A stretch of 63,534 bases of DNA, counting the filler, from Saprolegnia diclina VS20 (Eukaryota), in assembly GCF_000281045.1 (NCBI RefSeq). It is 9 parts of 4 records of this genome, joined end to end, with 100 filler letters (N's around TTAATTAATTAA, not from the genome) between each part and the next. Parts side by side here need not be neighbours in the genome. Positions count along the whole stretch, not along the records: positions 1 to 20,680 come from NW_008246175.1; positions 20,781 to 22,812 come from NW_008246176.1; positions 22,913 to 24,335 come from NW_008246176.1; positions 24,436 to 25,706 come from NW_008246176.1; 5 more parts are not named here. The stretch is one strand, 5' to 3'. A model generated the notes under the pieces. The model did no database searches and was not told where the DNA came from. It saw nothing but the letters and a program-made list of their open reading frames with translations. How positions within the stretch are numbered: position 1 is the first letter of the stretch; each line of letters opens with the position of its first letter. Made by a program: the position numbers and the translations under genes. Below, one piece after another: positions 13,293 through 24,460 of this stretch.

Positions 13293-14167
13293 ATTCTTAT
13301 TCTCGCGGTCGTGTATTAGTCTATAGAAATTCCAGTGCGTCGTTTGCGTGCTCTGCTCCTTCTTGCGTTCCACCGTAGTAGGATAATGCGTACAGACCTC
13401 GTACACATCGCTGCGACGACCGAGGAAGATCGAGCGGACGAGGTTGAGCGAGCTGGCTTGGCTCGCACGAACAAGTGATATGTAGTGGCTGGCGCTGACG
13501 TTTGTTGACAACCTGGACTGGCTGGCTCCCAGAAGGAAGCCTTGCGGAGTGTAATAGCGTAGGTATCGCTGCAGCGCCACGAGCGAAGGGTTCTTGCATA
13601 CAGGCGCGGTTACAACCAACGAGTACTGTCAGCCTGCACGTTGACTCGCTAACTTGGACACGCCGGCACCCGTCTCCCTCGCACGTTCGTCGACCTTGCG
13701 CATCGATAAGGCGGCTTCACCTCGGTTCGGTCGTACAATGCACATCGCGTCATCACCAAGTCGCAGTGTGACGACGCCCGAGGCCACGGCGGTGGCATGT
13801 GCCAAGGCGAGAGACAGGCGGACCTTCTCGCCGCAGAGCGTTTCCGCCATCAACGAAGGCAGCAGCTTGCCCAGGCTGGTCACAGCGCTCGCTCAAGCGG
13901 GCATACTCAAGCCAAGTGCAAACACATTTGGCGATGGTTACACACGGCGCGCGCCTGTCCAAAGTTGCACTTTTAGCGCCGAAACCCCTTTCTTAGCTTA
14001 CAAAGTACAAAGGTCCATTCGATTGACCAATCCAATGCGGCGAATACAAATCGAAGGACTTTTCTAAGGCAATCGAACGCCGCATCCGGATGCGAGAGCG
14101 CACACGACCGGATCGAGAGAGGTGGTCAGCGCCAAGAGCGACGGCTGCGTTTCTGCCTACGGAAGAG

Positions 14168-17100
14168 ATGGATGCTTTGCTGCGCCACCAGATAGCTGCT
14201 CGTTTGGCCCAATCTAACTGCTCCAGTGCAACTGGTACACCTCCATCGACGTCTTCGTCAACATCCGCGTCTTCCGCCGCCTCGACGATGCACAACCCGC
14301 ACATCCTCGCGGGCATCGCGACGACGCCGGCGTCCATGTTTCCCATTGTCGAGAAGAAGTTCAAGATACAAGTCAACGACGAGATGGAGCGCAAGCTCTG
14401 CCTCATCGGGCAGTCGCGCGCGCTCGGCCTCTTGTCCGACTTCCACCTCGTGCCACTGCGCGAGTCGAACGGCGTCGCGCTCTACGAGATCGCCGACGAC
14501 CAGCAGCTCTACACGATGAAGGGCAGCGTGCTCATCCCGTCGTCGTCCGTCGCCGACGTCATGGCCTTCCTCGCCGTGCCCACGACCGATCGATTTCGGT
14601 ATGTGTTTGGCGAGCTCTTTGGCACGCTCTTCCTCGAAGGCACGGTGCTCCACGCCGCTGACGCGACTAAAATGGCGCCGGACGAGAGCCTTAGCATCAA
14701 CTGGATGGCGCTTCAGAACGCCAAGCACACGCTTGCGCACCGCGACTATGTCTTTCTCAAGTACGGCACGCGGCTTGAGAACGCGCCGCGGCCATCGCCG
14801 AACGGCAAGAAGCGCGGCGTCTTTACGCACCCGAGCGAAGAGCGCGTCGGTGTGCAGATCTGGGAGTCGCTCGAGCTCGACTCGTGCCCGCCGTTGCCCG
14901 ACTCGTTGCACGTCCAGCGGCACAAGTTTCGTCGGTCCGGCTTTGTGATTGCACGCGATCTGACCCGGAACGCGGTCCGCGTCTCGATCTTCCTCTCCGA
15001 GCTCCATGGCTCGTCCGACGTCTCGCATTTGACGCAGATCTGGCTCAGCAACATGCTCGTGTGTCTCTCGCGCTTCTCGCATGTCCTGGTCTCGCACCAC
15101 CTCTCCCTCATGGAGCTCAAGACGTCGTTTCCGGCCGACGACGCGGTCTGCGAGAGCTGCGCCAAGACGCGACCCAAGCCGCGGCTCTGGTGCTGCGTCT
15201 GCGCCAAGCCATTTTGCCCCAAGTGCGTCGACACGCGATCGGTGCGACAAAAGAATGCGACAATCGACGTCCGCGTCTGCAACCGGTGTGCGACGTTAGC
15301 GATGCGGGCGCCGGCCAAGCCACCCAGTCTGGCGCCGCCACCCATCGAGCCCGAGCCCGAAGAAGAGAAGAAGCGACATGCACCTCGGCGCATTCGGTGT
15401 AGCCCCGACGACGTCGAGCGCTGGCGCACGCTCGGCCGGTCCGTCGCGTCCGAGCTCGTGACGTACACGTCTCTCGACACCGAGTACATTGGCGCAAGTA
15501 GCCACCACCCCGACGTGCTCTTTTACGAGGCGCGGCCGCCGCACGAAGCCATTCGACGGGCGACCGTGACGCTGCCCGGCACGCCGCTGCACGCGGTGCT
15601 CAACCGCCTCGCGTTTCTCGAGACGGACCACCTCCGCCACATCTTGTTGCATCTCTTTGGTGAGCTCTTCACGGCCGGCGCACTCCTCTACTCGTCGCCG
15701 AGCGAAGGCAACGAGCGCGTCGAGGTCGTCGAGATCGAGGGCAAGACAATCGGTCGGTCGCGGCTGCTGCAATACATCAACCTCTTGCCCGACGGATTGG
15801 GCGTCGTTGTCTGGGAGAGCCTCTCGGACGACAAGCTCTGGCACCAGTGCGGCTTTGTGATCGAGCCCATCCGCGGCACGCGCGTGTCGTTCTTTGTCGG
15901 AAGCTTGAAGCTGCATAAAGTGCTCGAGAGCTTACGCTTGCACAAACTCCTCTCGGTGCTGCCGTTTGGCGACAAATGCGACCTCTGCCGACAGCGCAAC
16001 CCGCCGTCGCCGCCATCGAGCCCCGAGCTCGCAGTGCTTCATGAAGAGAGTGAGGTCGTACCGCCGCCGCCGCCGCTACCGGACCCGCTCCCGCTCAACG
16101 CCGTCTTGGCCAAGAACCTGCAGTCGCTCGGGCATATGCGCGCCGACGATCTCCTCGCCGCTGTCGCAGAGCCCATGCCGTTTGTGAAAGAGACGCGGGG
16201 TGTTGCGCTCTTTGCCCAGACAACGTCCGAGCTTTTGATTGTCAAGGCCGTCGTTCTCGTGCCCTTTCTCAACATTCCCGACGTCCTCGATGTGCTTGCG
16301 ATGGAGACGACGCAGGCCTTTGAGCTCACATTACGGCACCTCTGGGGCCCACTCCTCGTCGAGGGCGAGGTGCTCTACGCGAGCAAGAACGAGAGCACGC
16401 TCCAAGTGCACGCGATGGTGCTCGAGAACGACCTCGAGTACCTCTTCATTCAGTGCGCCAAGAGCAATGACGACGAAACGCGGACCGCGGTTGTGTGGGA
16501 GTCGATCGAACTCGACGACTACCCGCTCGTAGCGCCGCGCCGCCGCCATCGGCTTCACCACTGCGGCTACGTCGTGGAAGAAGCTCTCCAAGGCGAGAAC
16601 CCCGCGGTCCAGATCTCGTGGGTCATGTCGCAGCCGCTCTTGCACGAAGACGACGACAAGGACGAGGTTCTCGAGCACGGCCTTCCCGTCGACTGGCTGC
16701 CCGTGCTCGCCAAGGCCACGGAGCGCGCGTGGACGGACGCGGTCATCGACCACCGACTCACGCAGGCCGCGCCGGTGGCCGTGGCGCCCGTCGACCCGAT
16801 GGCCACGTCCTGTGCGTCGTGCCGGCAAACGTTTGGGCGCACGCTGACCAACCGCCAGTTTTGCGTTGTCTGTGGCGATGCTGTCTGTCTCGGGTGCAGC
16901 TCGACGCGCCAGCTCTTTGCAGGGCCGTGCTCGGTCTGCAACGGGTGCCTCCACATGCACACGACGCAGCTGCTTCGGCGGTCGAGCTTGCCCACGTCGG
17001 CGCCCGCGTCGCCAGTGCCGGTGCCGCGCCGGCCGCCGCCGCAGCACTCCATGTCGTCGTCGTCCTCGAGCGCCTTATCTCGGACCAACTCGGCGCATGA

Positions 17101-19216
17101 AAACGGCAAGTCGATGTCGCGCACCAACTCGGCGCACGAGAACCGACAGCCGCGGCAACTGCAGTTGTCGCCGGACCGCCTCCAAGCGCTGGAGAAGCTC
17201 GGGCGGCAAGTCGCGTCTGAGCTTTGCTCCGACATGAACGCCGTGCCGCTCAAAGATGCGGCCAACGGCGTCCAGCTCTTTGAAGTCGACGACGGGTCTG
17301 TGTACACGATGAAGGCGACGATCACGCTCCCCAAGGTGCAGTCGCATGACCTCCTCGCAATGCTCTCGATGCCGACGACCAAGCATTTGCATTATGTGTT
17401 TGACGAGCTCTTCCAGCACCTCTTTGTCGACGGCAAGGTGCTCTTCAACAACGCCAAGACGAGCGCTACCAGCAGCAACCTCTCGGTGTTGTGGATCCTC
17501 TTTCAGAGCGCGCGCGCCCACTTGCCGCAGCGCGAATACGTTCTGTTGCAAGCTCAGCACACGTTCGGGTCGACCGCCGTGAGCGTCTGGGAGAGCATTG
17601 ACGTCGACGTGGACGGCCTCGTGCGCAAGTCGGTCGCGCCGCCGCCGCCGCTTGGGTCGCTCGTGCCCGACGTCCCGTTCAACGCTGTCCGGCTCAACTT
17701 GCATCGGTCGGGCTTTGTGCTGCAAGACATCCACGGTGGCACGCCAGCGTGTCGCATCTCGTTCTTCCTTTCCGAGAACCACCACCAGCGGCCCCAAGTG
17801 TCGTCGACGACCAAGTACTGGCTCACGACGATGGTGTCGATGATCTCGGATCTGCACACGGTGTTCGCGGGCTACCAGCTCTCACACCTCCCGCTCGTCG
17901 ACGCGTCCGAGCCGCCGCCGGCCAAGTGCCCGCACTGCTACAAGGCGTTTTCGCTGGTGCGCGTCAAGCACGCGTGTCGCATCTGCGGCACGTTCATCTG
18001 CAACAAGTGCTGCGAGTCCAAGCGGCTCATCTTTGTGAAGGACCCGATCCGCGTCTGCCACCGCTGCATCCAGGGGGCGGTCAACACGGGGCCGCTCAAA
18101 GCCACGGTGATCCGCGACCTCATGGGGTCGCCGAGCACCGAGAGCTCGAAGTTGACGAGCCAGCTGTCGTTGTCGATGACCAACTCGGGCACCGGGGCGC
18201 CGCGCCGAACCGACGACGCGCCCATGGTGTACAAGCGGCCGTCGCGCGTGCACATCTCGTCCGAGTTTGCCGCCGGGCTCCGAGCGCGGGGGCAAGAGCT
18301 GGTCGCGCATCTGCTCTCGGACCGGCCGACCTTGACGCCGGTGAAGGAGCTCAACGGCGTCCAGCTCTACGAAGCCGAAGAGAAGGGCGTGTACAGCGTC
18401 AAAGGCACGCTGATTTTACCGAATTACGCCGTTGCTGACGTCTTGACGCTCCTCGAGATGCCCGTGACCGACTGCTTCGTGACGACGATGGAGGACATCT
18501 TTGGCAGCATCTTTTACAACGGGTCGGTGCTCTACGGCGACACGCGCAGCCAAGACAGCCTCAGCATCAACTGGATGGAGCTCCGGAACGCCAAGCCACA
18601 TCTGCCGCACCGCGACTTTGTCTTCTTCAAGTACGGGACGGTCTGGGACCGCGCCGTGTGCCCCACCGACGTCGAGCGCACGGTCGGCGTCTCGATCTGG
18701 GAGAGCTTGGATCTACCGGAAGCGTGCCCGCCGGCGCCGCTGGCCTCCAATACCGTTCGCGTCGCCTTGCGCCAGTGCGGGTTCCTCGTCGAAGAGCTCG
18801 TGTCGCGCCAGAACCTCCGGCTTACGTTTGTGCTGCATGAAAACATCTCGGGCCGGAAGGCCGTCTCGACCAACACGCGGCTCTGGATGCACAAGGTGGT
18901 CTCGGCGATCGGCGACGTCAACACGGCGATCCTCTCGCGGTACCTCGCCGAGTGCAACCTCCTCACGCACTTTTCCAAGGCCGGGCCGCTCTGCGTCATC
19001 TGCGCCAAGTCGTTTTCGATTTTGCGCCGGAAGGCCAACTGCTGCGTCTGCGGCGACGAGTGCTGCCACAAGTGCTCCGAGATCAAGAAGATTCGGTCCG
19101 GCAAGACGCTGCGGGAAGTGCGCGTGTGCATCCTGTGCTTAGCGCCGGCCAAGGTGTCGCTCCAGCGCATTGTCCCGTCTGCGACCGCGCCGACCGACTG
19201 CATCGTGATCCGATAA
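14168..19216 (+). CDS. Large single-exon protein of five tandem START-like + FYVE-type zinc finger modules
   Basis: Recurring blocks 'NGVxLYE...YTMKG', 'SLSINWM...HRDYVFLKY', 'SxWESL(E/D)', 'R(R/Q)xGF(V/L)', followed by CxxC..CxxC..CxxC..CxxC fingers (e.g. 'CPHCYKAFSLVRVKHACRICGTFICNKC...RVCHRC'). The start could alternatively be 14288. Confidence 0.8.
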   Translation: MDALLRHQIAARLAQSNCSSATGTPPSTSSSTSASSAASTMHNPHILAGIATTPASMFPIVEKKFKIQVNDEMERKLCLIGQSRALGLLSDFHLVPLRESNGVALYEIADDQQLYTMKGSVLIPSSSVADVMAFLAVPTTDRFRYVFGELFGTLFLEGTVLHAADATKMAPDESLSINWMALQNAKHTLAHRDYVFLKYGTRLENAPRPSPNGKKRGVFTHPSEERVGVQIWESLELDSCPPLPDSLHVQRHKFRRSGFVIARDLTRNAVRVSIFLSELHGSSDVSHLTQIWLSNMLVCLSRFSHVLVSHHLSLMELKTSFPADDAVCESCAKTRPKPRLWCCVCAKPFCPKCVDTRSVRQKNATIDVRVCNRCATLAMRAPAKPPSLAPPPIEPEPEEEKKRHAPRRIRCSPDDVERWRTLGRSVASELVTYTSLDTEYIGASSHHPDVLFYEARPPHEAIRRATVTLPGTPLHAVLNRLAFLETDHLRHILLHLFGELFTAGALLYSSPSEGNERVEVVEIEGKTIGRSRLLQYINLLPDGLGVVVWESLSDDKLWHQCGFVIEPIRGTRVSFFVGSLKLHKVLESLRLHKLLSVLPFGDKCDLCRQRNPPSPPSSPELAVLHEESEVVPPPPPLPDPLPLNAVLAKNLQSLGHMRADDLLAAVAEPMPFVKETRGVALFAQTTSELLIVKAVVLVPFLNIPDVLDVLAMETTQAFELTLRHLWGPLLVEGEVLYASKNESTLQVHAMVLENDLEYLFIQCAKSNDDETRTAVVWESIELDDYPLVAPRRRHRLHHCGYVVEEALQGENPAVQISWVMSQPLLHEDDDKDEVLEHGLPVDWLPVLAKATERAWTDAVIDHRLTQAAPVAVAPVDPMATSCASCRQTFGRTLTNRQFCVVCGDAVCLGCSSTRQLFAGPCSVCNGCLHMHTTQLLRRSSLPTSAPASPVPVPRRPPPQHSMSSSSSSALSRTNSAHENGKSMSRTNSAHENRQPRQLQLSPDRLQALEKLGRQVASELCSDMNAVPLKDAANGVQLFEVDDGSVYTMKATITLPKVQSHDLLAMLSMPTTKHLHYVFDELFQHLFVDGKVLFNNAKTSATSSNLSVLWILFQSARAHLPQREYVLLQAQHTFGSTAVSVWESIDVDVDGLVRKSVAPPPPLGSLVPDVPFNAVRLNLHRSGFVLQDIHGGTPACRISFFLSENHHQRPQVSSTTKYWLTTMVSMISDLHTVFAGYQLSHLPLVDASEPPPAKCPHCYKAFSLVRVKHACRICGTFICNKCCESKRLIFVKDPIRVCHRCIQGAVNTGPLKATVIRDLMGSPSTESSKLTSQLSLSMTNSGTGAPRRTDDAPMVYKRPSRVHISSEFAAGLRARGQELVAHLLSDRPTLTPVKELNGVQLYEAEEKGVYSVKGTLILPNYAVADVLTLLEMPVTDCFVTTMEDIFGSIFYNGSVLYGDTRSQDSLSINWMELRNAKPHLPHRDFVFFKYGTVWDRAVCPTDVERTVGVSIWESLDLPEACPPAPLASNTVRVALRQCGFLVEELVSRQNLRLTFVLHENISGRKAVSTNTRLWMHKVVSAIGDVNTAILSRYLAECNLLTHFSKAGPLCVICAKSFSILRRKANCCVCGDECCHKCSEIKKIRSGKTLREVRVCILCLAPAKVSLQRIVPSATAPTDCIVIR

Positions 19217-19753
19217 GCTTTCAAATCCACCATCCCATCTTGGTACTACGTCGTCAATTGTTTGTCCAGCAACGCAGCCATAGGGACATTGTATCAATGG
19301 CGTGTGCTCGTTCATTGCGCCGCGCTACATGTTTGGAACGTCACGGGGAAGTGCAAGATTGGGGTCTGTATTTCGGCGGACATTGAATGCCTGCGTGACG
19401 AGCTGGACGACCGATGAGGCGGTGGACGGAGCGTCTTGTGGCGACCGGGAGCGCTAGGCGACGGCCTCAGAGTCGATGATGTACAATGGAAGACGCGTTC
19501 GCGGCCTACGCGCCATGCCACACGTCGTGGTTGTAGAGGTCCGCTTGCGGGGCCGGGACGTCGTCGTCACCCCACGCAGCCTCGAGGGGGGCGTTGACGG
19601 GCGCAAGTGAAGCAGCCGCATCCGCAGCGGGCTCGGCAACCATCGGCGTGTGCAAGATGCACGTGATGGCTCCGTCGCAGCCGCAAGACGTCTGGTCGCT
19701 CATGTCGTTCGTTGCGATCGAAACGCGCAATGACCTCTGACGGCCGTGCGTGC

Positions 19754-19843
19754 CCCATGAGTTTTTTTCAAGAGTTACGACTTTCGAGCATATAATAAAT
19801 AATATATGCTCGAAAGTCGTAACTCTTGAAAAAAACTCATGGG
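19754..19843. repeat. Perfect 41-bp inverted repeat with 8-nt loop
   Basis: 19754-19794 CCCATGAGTTTTTTTCAAGAGTTACGACTTTCGAGCATATA is the exact reverse complement of 19803-19843; the spacer is ATAAATAA. Confidence 0.95.
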
Positions 19844-19941
19844 TTAAACTCTTGAAAAAAACTCCCAACAGAGAGCGCGTGGCTGTTCGCTGACGACATG
19901 TGGGCAGTCGATACCTTGATATACATATAGTGATTGTTGAT

Positions 19942-19983
19942 GTGTTGTTGAAATGAGCTCTAGTGTTGTTGAAATGAGCTCTA
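19942..19983. repeat. 21-bp tandem duplication
   Basis: GTGTTGTTGAAATGAGCTCTA x2. Confidence 0.9.
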
Positions 19984-20680
19984 GTATTACAACTGTACAT
20001 GCAATATGCAATTTGAGGCAATGAAGACGGGGGAATCCCCAACGCATCGAAGAGGCATGGCCAGTGCGTCAAGCGAGGAGTGTCAGAACATCTCCATCAC
20101 TCCGGCTTTCCCATTTCCAATCTCAGATTTGGCGCGATGCGGTTGGGCGGATTGCCATCTTCCCCAGCTGAGCAGTACGGATAAGCGATTCCGGATAAAC
20201 GTCATTCCCAAATTTCCTTTCTAATAAGCAGGCCAGGGCGTGGGCACCTTGACGACGACGAGAGCTGAGTGTTAACACTTCTTACCGCCCGCCGAGCGCC
20301 AACACGGCGAGGAAGCTACCGGTCGCTCCTTCGCCCAATGCGTGGACCCAACTCTCGAGCAACACTGCGGGCTGTGGCCTCCAGCTCGTTCCTCGCCCAT
20401 TGTGCGCTGCCTTTGCTCGTGGCGCCTTGTGGCGCGTTGCTTTGGACAAGGTCGATTTTCTCGATTTTCCTTATGGCCCTTTGTCTTTCTATCTGGAGGA
20501 GTGAATAATCCATCTACACCTTACTCGTAACACGCTGAAATAAAGATGCACACAACTCTTATTTATCCACAACACCACTCACTAACTACATGGAAATGCC
20601 AAGGTTGCTGTCCTCACCGTACGGACTGAACGAGCTCTTGGAAAAGTGCAGCGACCGGCACGACGAGTGGAACGAGAACA

Positions 20681-20780
20681 NNNNNNNNNNNNNNNNNNNN
20701 NNNNNNNNNNNNNNNNNNNNNNNNTTAATTAATTAANNNNNNNNNNNNNNNNNNNNNNNNNNNNNNNNNNNNNNNNNNNN
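20681..20780. other. Artificial contig-join linker (also at 22813-22912, 24336-24435, 25707-25806, 49794-49893, 57630-57729, 59257-59356, 60799-60898)
   Basis: Identical 100-nt N-run/TTAATTAATTAA/N-run spacers that give stops in all six frames. Confidence 0.97.
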
Positions 20781-22812
20781 CATAGCGACCGTGGGTGCGT
20801 CTTGCGGCGATCGGCCCAGTAGCATCTCGAGCGGGTACTGCTGTCGTTTCTGGCCGACGTCGATCTTGAGCGGGAGCGACCCGAGCTCAAATTGCCACTT
20901 GCCCAGCCGACCGTAGTGGTGAGCATGCGCGACTGCCCACCGAAGGTTTGGGTTCCACGTGTACACCTGGATCACTACGCCGCCGAGGTGGTGCCGCCAT
21001 TGGCGCACTCCGAGCAGGAGCGCCATCATCGTCTTCTCTACGGGCGTATAGCGGAGCTCACATTCGTTCAGCGTCGCGCTAGCAAACCCGATCGGCCGTT
21101 CGCCATCGGCTGACGTCTGCGAGAGCACGCACCCGATCGTCGAGAAGTCAGACCCGACCGTGAGGTTAAACGGGGCATCGGGCGTCGGGACTTGGAGCGC
21201 GACCATGTCGTTCACGAGGCGTACGATGTGCGCGACGGCGTCTTCCCCTTCTTGGCCGAGTGTAAGGGCGCCCGGCATCGTGACCTTCGAGAAGAGCGGC
21301 GCCGCCGCGGTTGCGAAACCCGGCATAAACCGTCGGTAGTATCCAGCGCGGCCCAGGAACTCCCGCAGCTGGTCCGTGGTCTCTATCGTCGGGGCTGACA
21401 CGATGCTGCGGACGAGACTGCCCTTGGTCTTGACGACGCCCTTGCCTTCTAGCACATGGCCGAGGTACTCGACCCGCTTGGCGCCCCACACGCACTTCTC
21501 CCGTCGCAGCGTCCATCCGGCTTCTCGTACCCGGGCCATCGCGAGCGCCACATGGTGCCTGTGCTCTTCCTCGCTTCTCGAGTGAATGATGATGTCGTCG
21601 ATGTACACCTCGATAAACCGACCGACGTAGTCGCCAAACGTGTCGAGCATGAACGCTTGCATCGCACCCGCCGAGTTGACGCCGCCCATGAGCATCCCCG
21701 TCGGCTCGAACGCGCCATCTTCCGTGACAAATACAAACTTGGCGCCGTCCGCGCCGGCGAACCGCACTTGCCAGAACGACGACGCGAGGTCGAGAAGCGT
21801 AAAGTACGTTGACTTGGCGACGCGCTCGAGCAGGTCCCAGATGCGCGGCAATGGGTTGACGACGACAACAGTGTTCTTGTTGATTTGACGAAGGTCGTTC
21901 ACCATACGCCACTGGCTCGGGTCGTCGGGGTCGGCCATGTTGCCCTTGGGTCGGAGGAACGCCGGGTGGCCCCACTCGCTGGCTTCGACTTGCTTGGCCA
22001 TGCCGTCTCGCACCATCTGCCGCACGAGCTCGCGCAAAATGCGCCGCTTCCTCGGGTCCATCGGGTAGTGGCTGAGACGGACAGGACTCCCGCGTACTTC
22101 CACGCGGTGCTCATACTTCCTTGTTTGTCGCACTGGCTCACCACGCCGTGCGAAGACCGCGTCAAACTCACGGAGGATCAACTGCACCCACGGCGGAAGC
22201 TCCTCGTCCGTCGTGAGCGCGATGATCTCGGCAGCACGGTCGTCGGTCGGATTGATGACCTCGACTGGTCGATCGCCTGCCGTGTTGAGCACCACGCGGT
22301 CACGCAGCGTCGTCATGGAAACCCCGTGAGTCAGGATAAAGTCCATTCCCAAGATGCCGTCATACCCGAGGTCGGGGGACACCACAAACGAGTGGCACAT
22401 TGTGGCCTCACCAAGCTGGACCGTCACCGTACAGCATCCAAGGTCGTCGATGGGCGCGCCGCCCACTCCCCGCAATCGTCGGCGGAATGGGTGCAGCGAG
22501 GGCCGTCCGAGCTCGCGCCACTGTCGTGCCGAAATCAGCGACACCATGGCGCCCGTGTCGAACAGCATCTCGACCGGCACGTCGTTGCACGTAGTCGGGA
22601 CGACTAGCTGGGCGAACCCGTCACGTGCGAGGGCTCGTCGTTCTACGTGCACCGTCGCGACAGTGCGCAGCATGTCCGGCCCCGCCTTGACGAGTCGTGC
22701 GTGCCCATCGGGGCCATCTTCCCAACGCCGGTAGTGCGGTCGCCAGTGCTCTTTCCGCGGTCCGACCGCGTCCCACGCAGGGTACACTGCCACGCATGGT
22801 CGTTGGTCGTGA
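20781..22812 (-). mobile_element. Ty3/gypsy LTR retrotransposon pol fragment (aspartic protease, RT, degenerate RNase H)
   Basis: Protease 'MLFDTGA', RT 'WRMVNDLRQIN', 'LDLASSFWQV', 'YIDDIII', 'KCVWG..VEYLGH', RNase H-like 'RPIGFASATLNECELRY'. PR-RT-RH order; truncated by contig ends. Confidence 0.93.
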
Positions 22813-22912
22813 NNNNNNNNNNNNNNNNNNNNNNNNNNNNNNNNNNNNNNNNNNNNTTAATTAATTAANNNNNNNNNNNNNNNNNNNNNNNNNNNNNNNN
22901 NNNNNNNNNNNN

Positions 22913-23319
22913 TCTCGATCGACGCAGAGGCGACTGATGTGATAGCCTTGGAGCACTTGGGCGGTCGTTTCGATCGCTTGCAAAGCTGCTGGCATCGTAT
23001 CCGACGACGTCCACGGCTGCATCCACTGTACGAACCGCGTCCATAGATTCGGCTTGGATGACGACAACCAAGACGGTGTCGGGAGCATAGCGATAAGATG
23101 GAGAATGCAGTAGCTGACGTACACGGCGGGGCTCCACGACGTGCCCTTGTACGCTTGGACGCGAATCTTCTGGGTCGGCGTCGAGAGGAGCATGAGAAGG
23201 ACGCAGATAACGAGGTAGATGGTCGACGCGAGGTTTTTGAGAAATGCAACCACAAGGATCGGGCGTCTCGCAGCCACTTCAAGCGGCCACAGTCCCGCCC
23301 CTGCAGCTCCCTCGTGCAT
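22913..23319 (-). CDS. Hypothetical membrane protein fragment, possibly degenerate
   Basis: Open frame with hydrophobic segments ('TIYLVICVLLMLL', 'VYVSYCILHLIAML') running into the contig end; no family recognised. Confidence 0.35.
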
Positions 23320-24460
23320 ACTTACGCGGTAAAACCACCAATTGTCACAGTAATAATAGAACGTTTGTTGGCAAGTATGGCCTGTCCTGGACGATGGCAC
23401 CATCTTGGATGCGCCCTGCAGAGGCAATGAACCAGGCTGATGGATGCAGCCTCAAAGCTCGGGTTCTGAGTTCTCGCCCAGAACAGGAGAGAAGAGATTT
23501 CTTGTCGCATAAAAGACCTTAGGAGCGATCTTGTTCTAGACCAACGGGTCAATTGTTCCACGGTCTTTCAAGGTCGGAAGAACCATGATGCAGATCGAGT
23601 ATTTATTTGGAAGCTACGTACTGGCGCTTCGTGAATAACTAGGGATCGCGATGCTCACGTTAGCATATGCCGTGAACCAGCACGCTTGGTTGTACTGAGG
23701 GCAGCCTCGCATTGTCTTGCGTCACGTTTGCTACTCGCCAAAGTACGCTCGCTCGTCCCCCGCTTGCTCTTGCCCGCTTACTCGCCTACGATGGAGGCAT
23801 CGCACATAACTTGAGAGAGGACTCGCCATGACGTTGATCAAAGTTTCACGTAGTGTCGTCTTGTGCACCAATTGGGGACTACAGATAGCTCCAAACCACC
23901 GCCTGCGCCATCTCGGAGCTAGGTATAAGGAAAGCGATGATCACTCTTCACCTTTATCTCTCTCGTTCACACAAGGTATACTAGCTAAACACGCAAGCAG
24001 TGCTTGTCGAAGGACGTCGCGTCGCTGAGCGTCTCACTGGAAGCGTTCAGCAACGCGCACGCTTGGATGCCGATGAGAAAGCACTTGTTGCTAGTGTTAC
24101 CGCTTAAACGTTTTGGTAGCGCAGATCTTCTCTAAAGCGTCTACAACTAGTCGGCGTGTTGCGAGACATTGCAGCGCATCCTGATAATCGACTCTTATGC
24201 CGTGGCGTGTTTGTTTCGTCACTTGAGTGTGCCAAAGTTGGTGCAGTCCCCATCGTCCCAAGCACAGTTGACAGAGAAGCAGCCGAGATGGCACACGCTG
24301 TCGCCCACGTTCAGAGCCGAGCACGTATCGGCACANNNNNNNNNNNNNNNNNNNNNNNNNNNNNNNNNNNNNNNNNNNNTTAATTAATTAANNNNNNNNN
24401 NNNNNNNNNNNNNNNNNNNNNNNNNNNNNNNNNNNGGTTGGTTTTATATCGACGAGTGCG

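Noticed and set aside
12009..13619. Long antisense ORFs (536 aa here; also 38466-40121, 8235-9203 and others)
   Set aside because: Shadow frames of GC3-rich genes; no motifs of their own.
19400..20530. Short minus-strand ORFs (19506-19704, 20316-20513)
   Set aside because: Short, stop-interrupted, no homology recognised; possibly decayed genes but unsupported.
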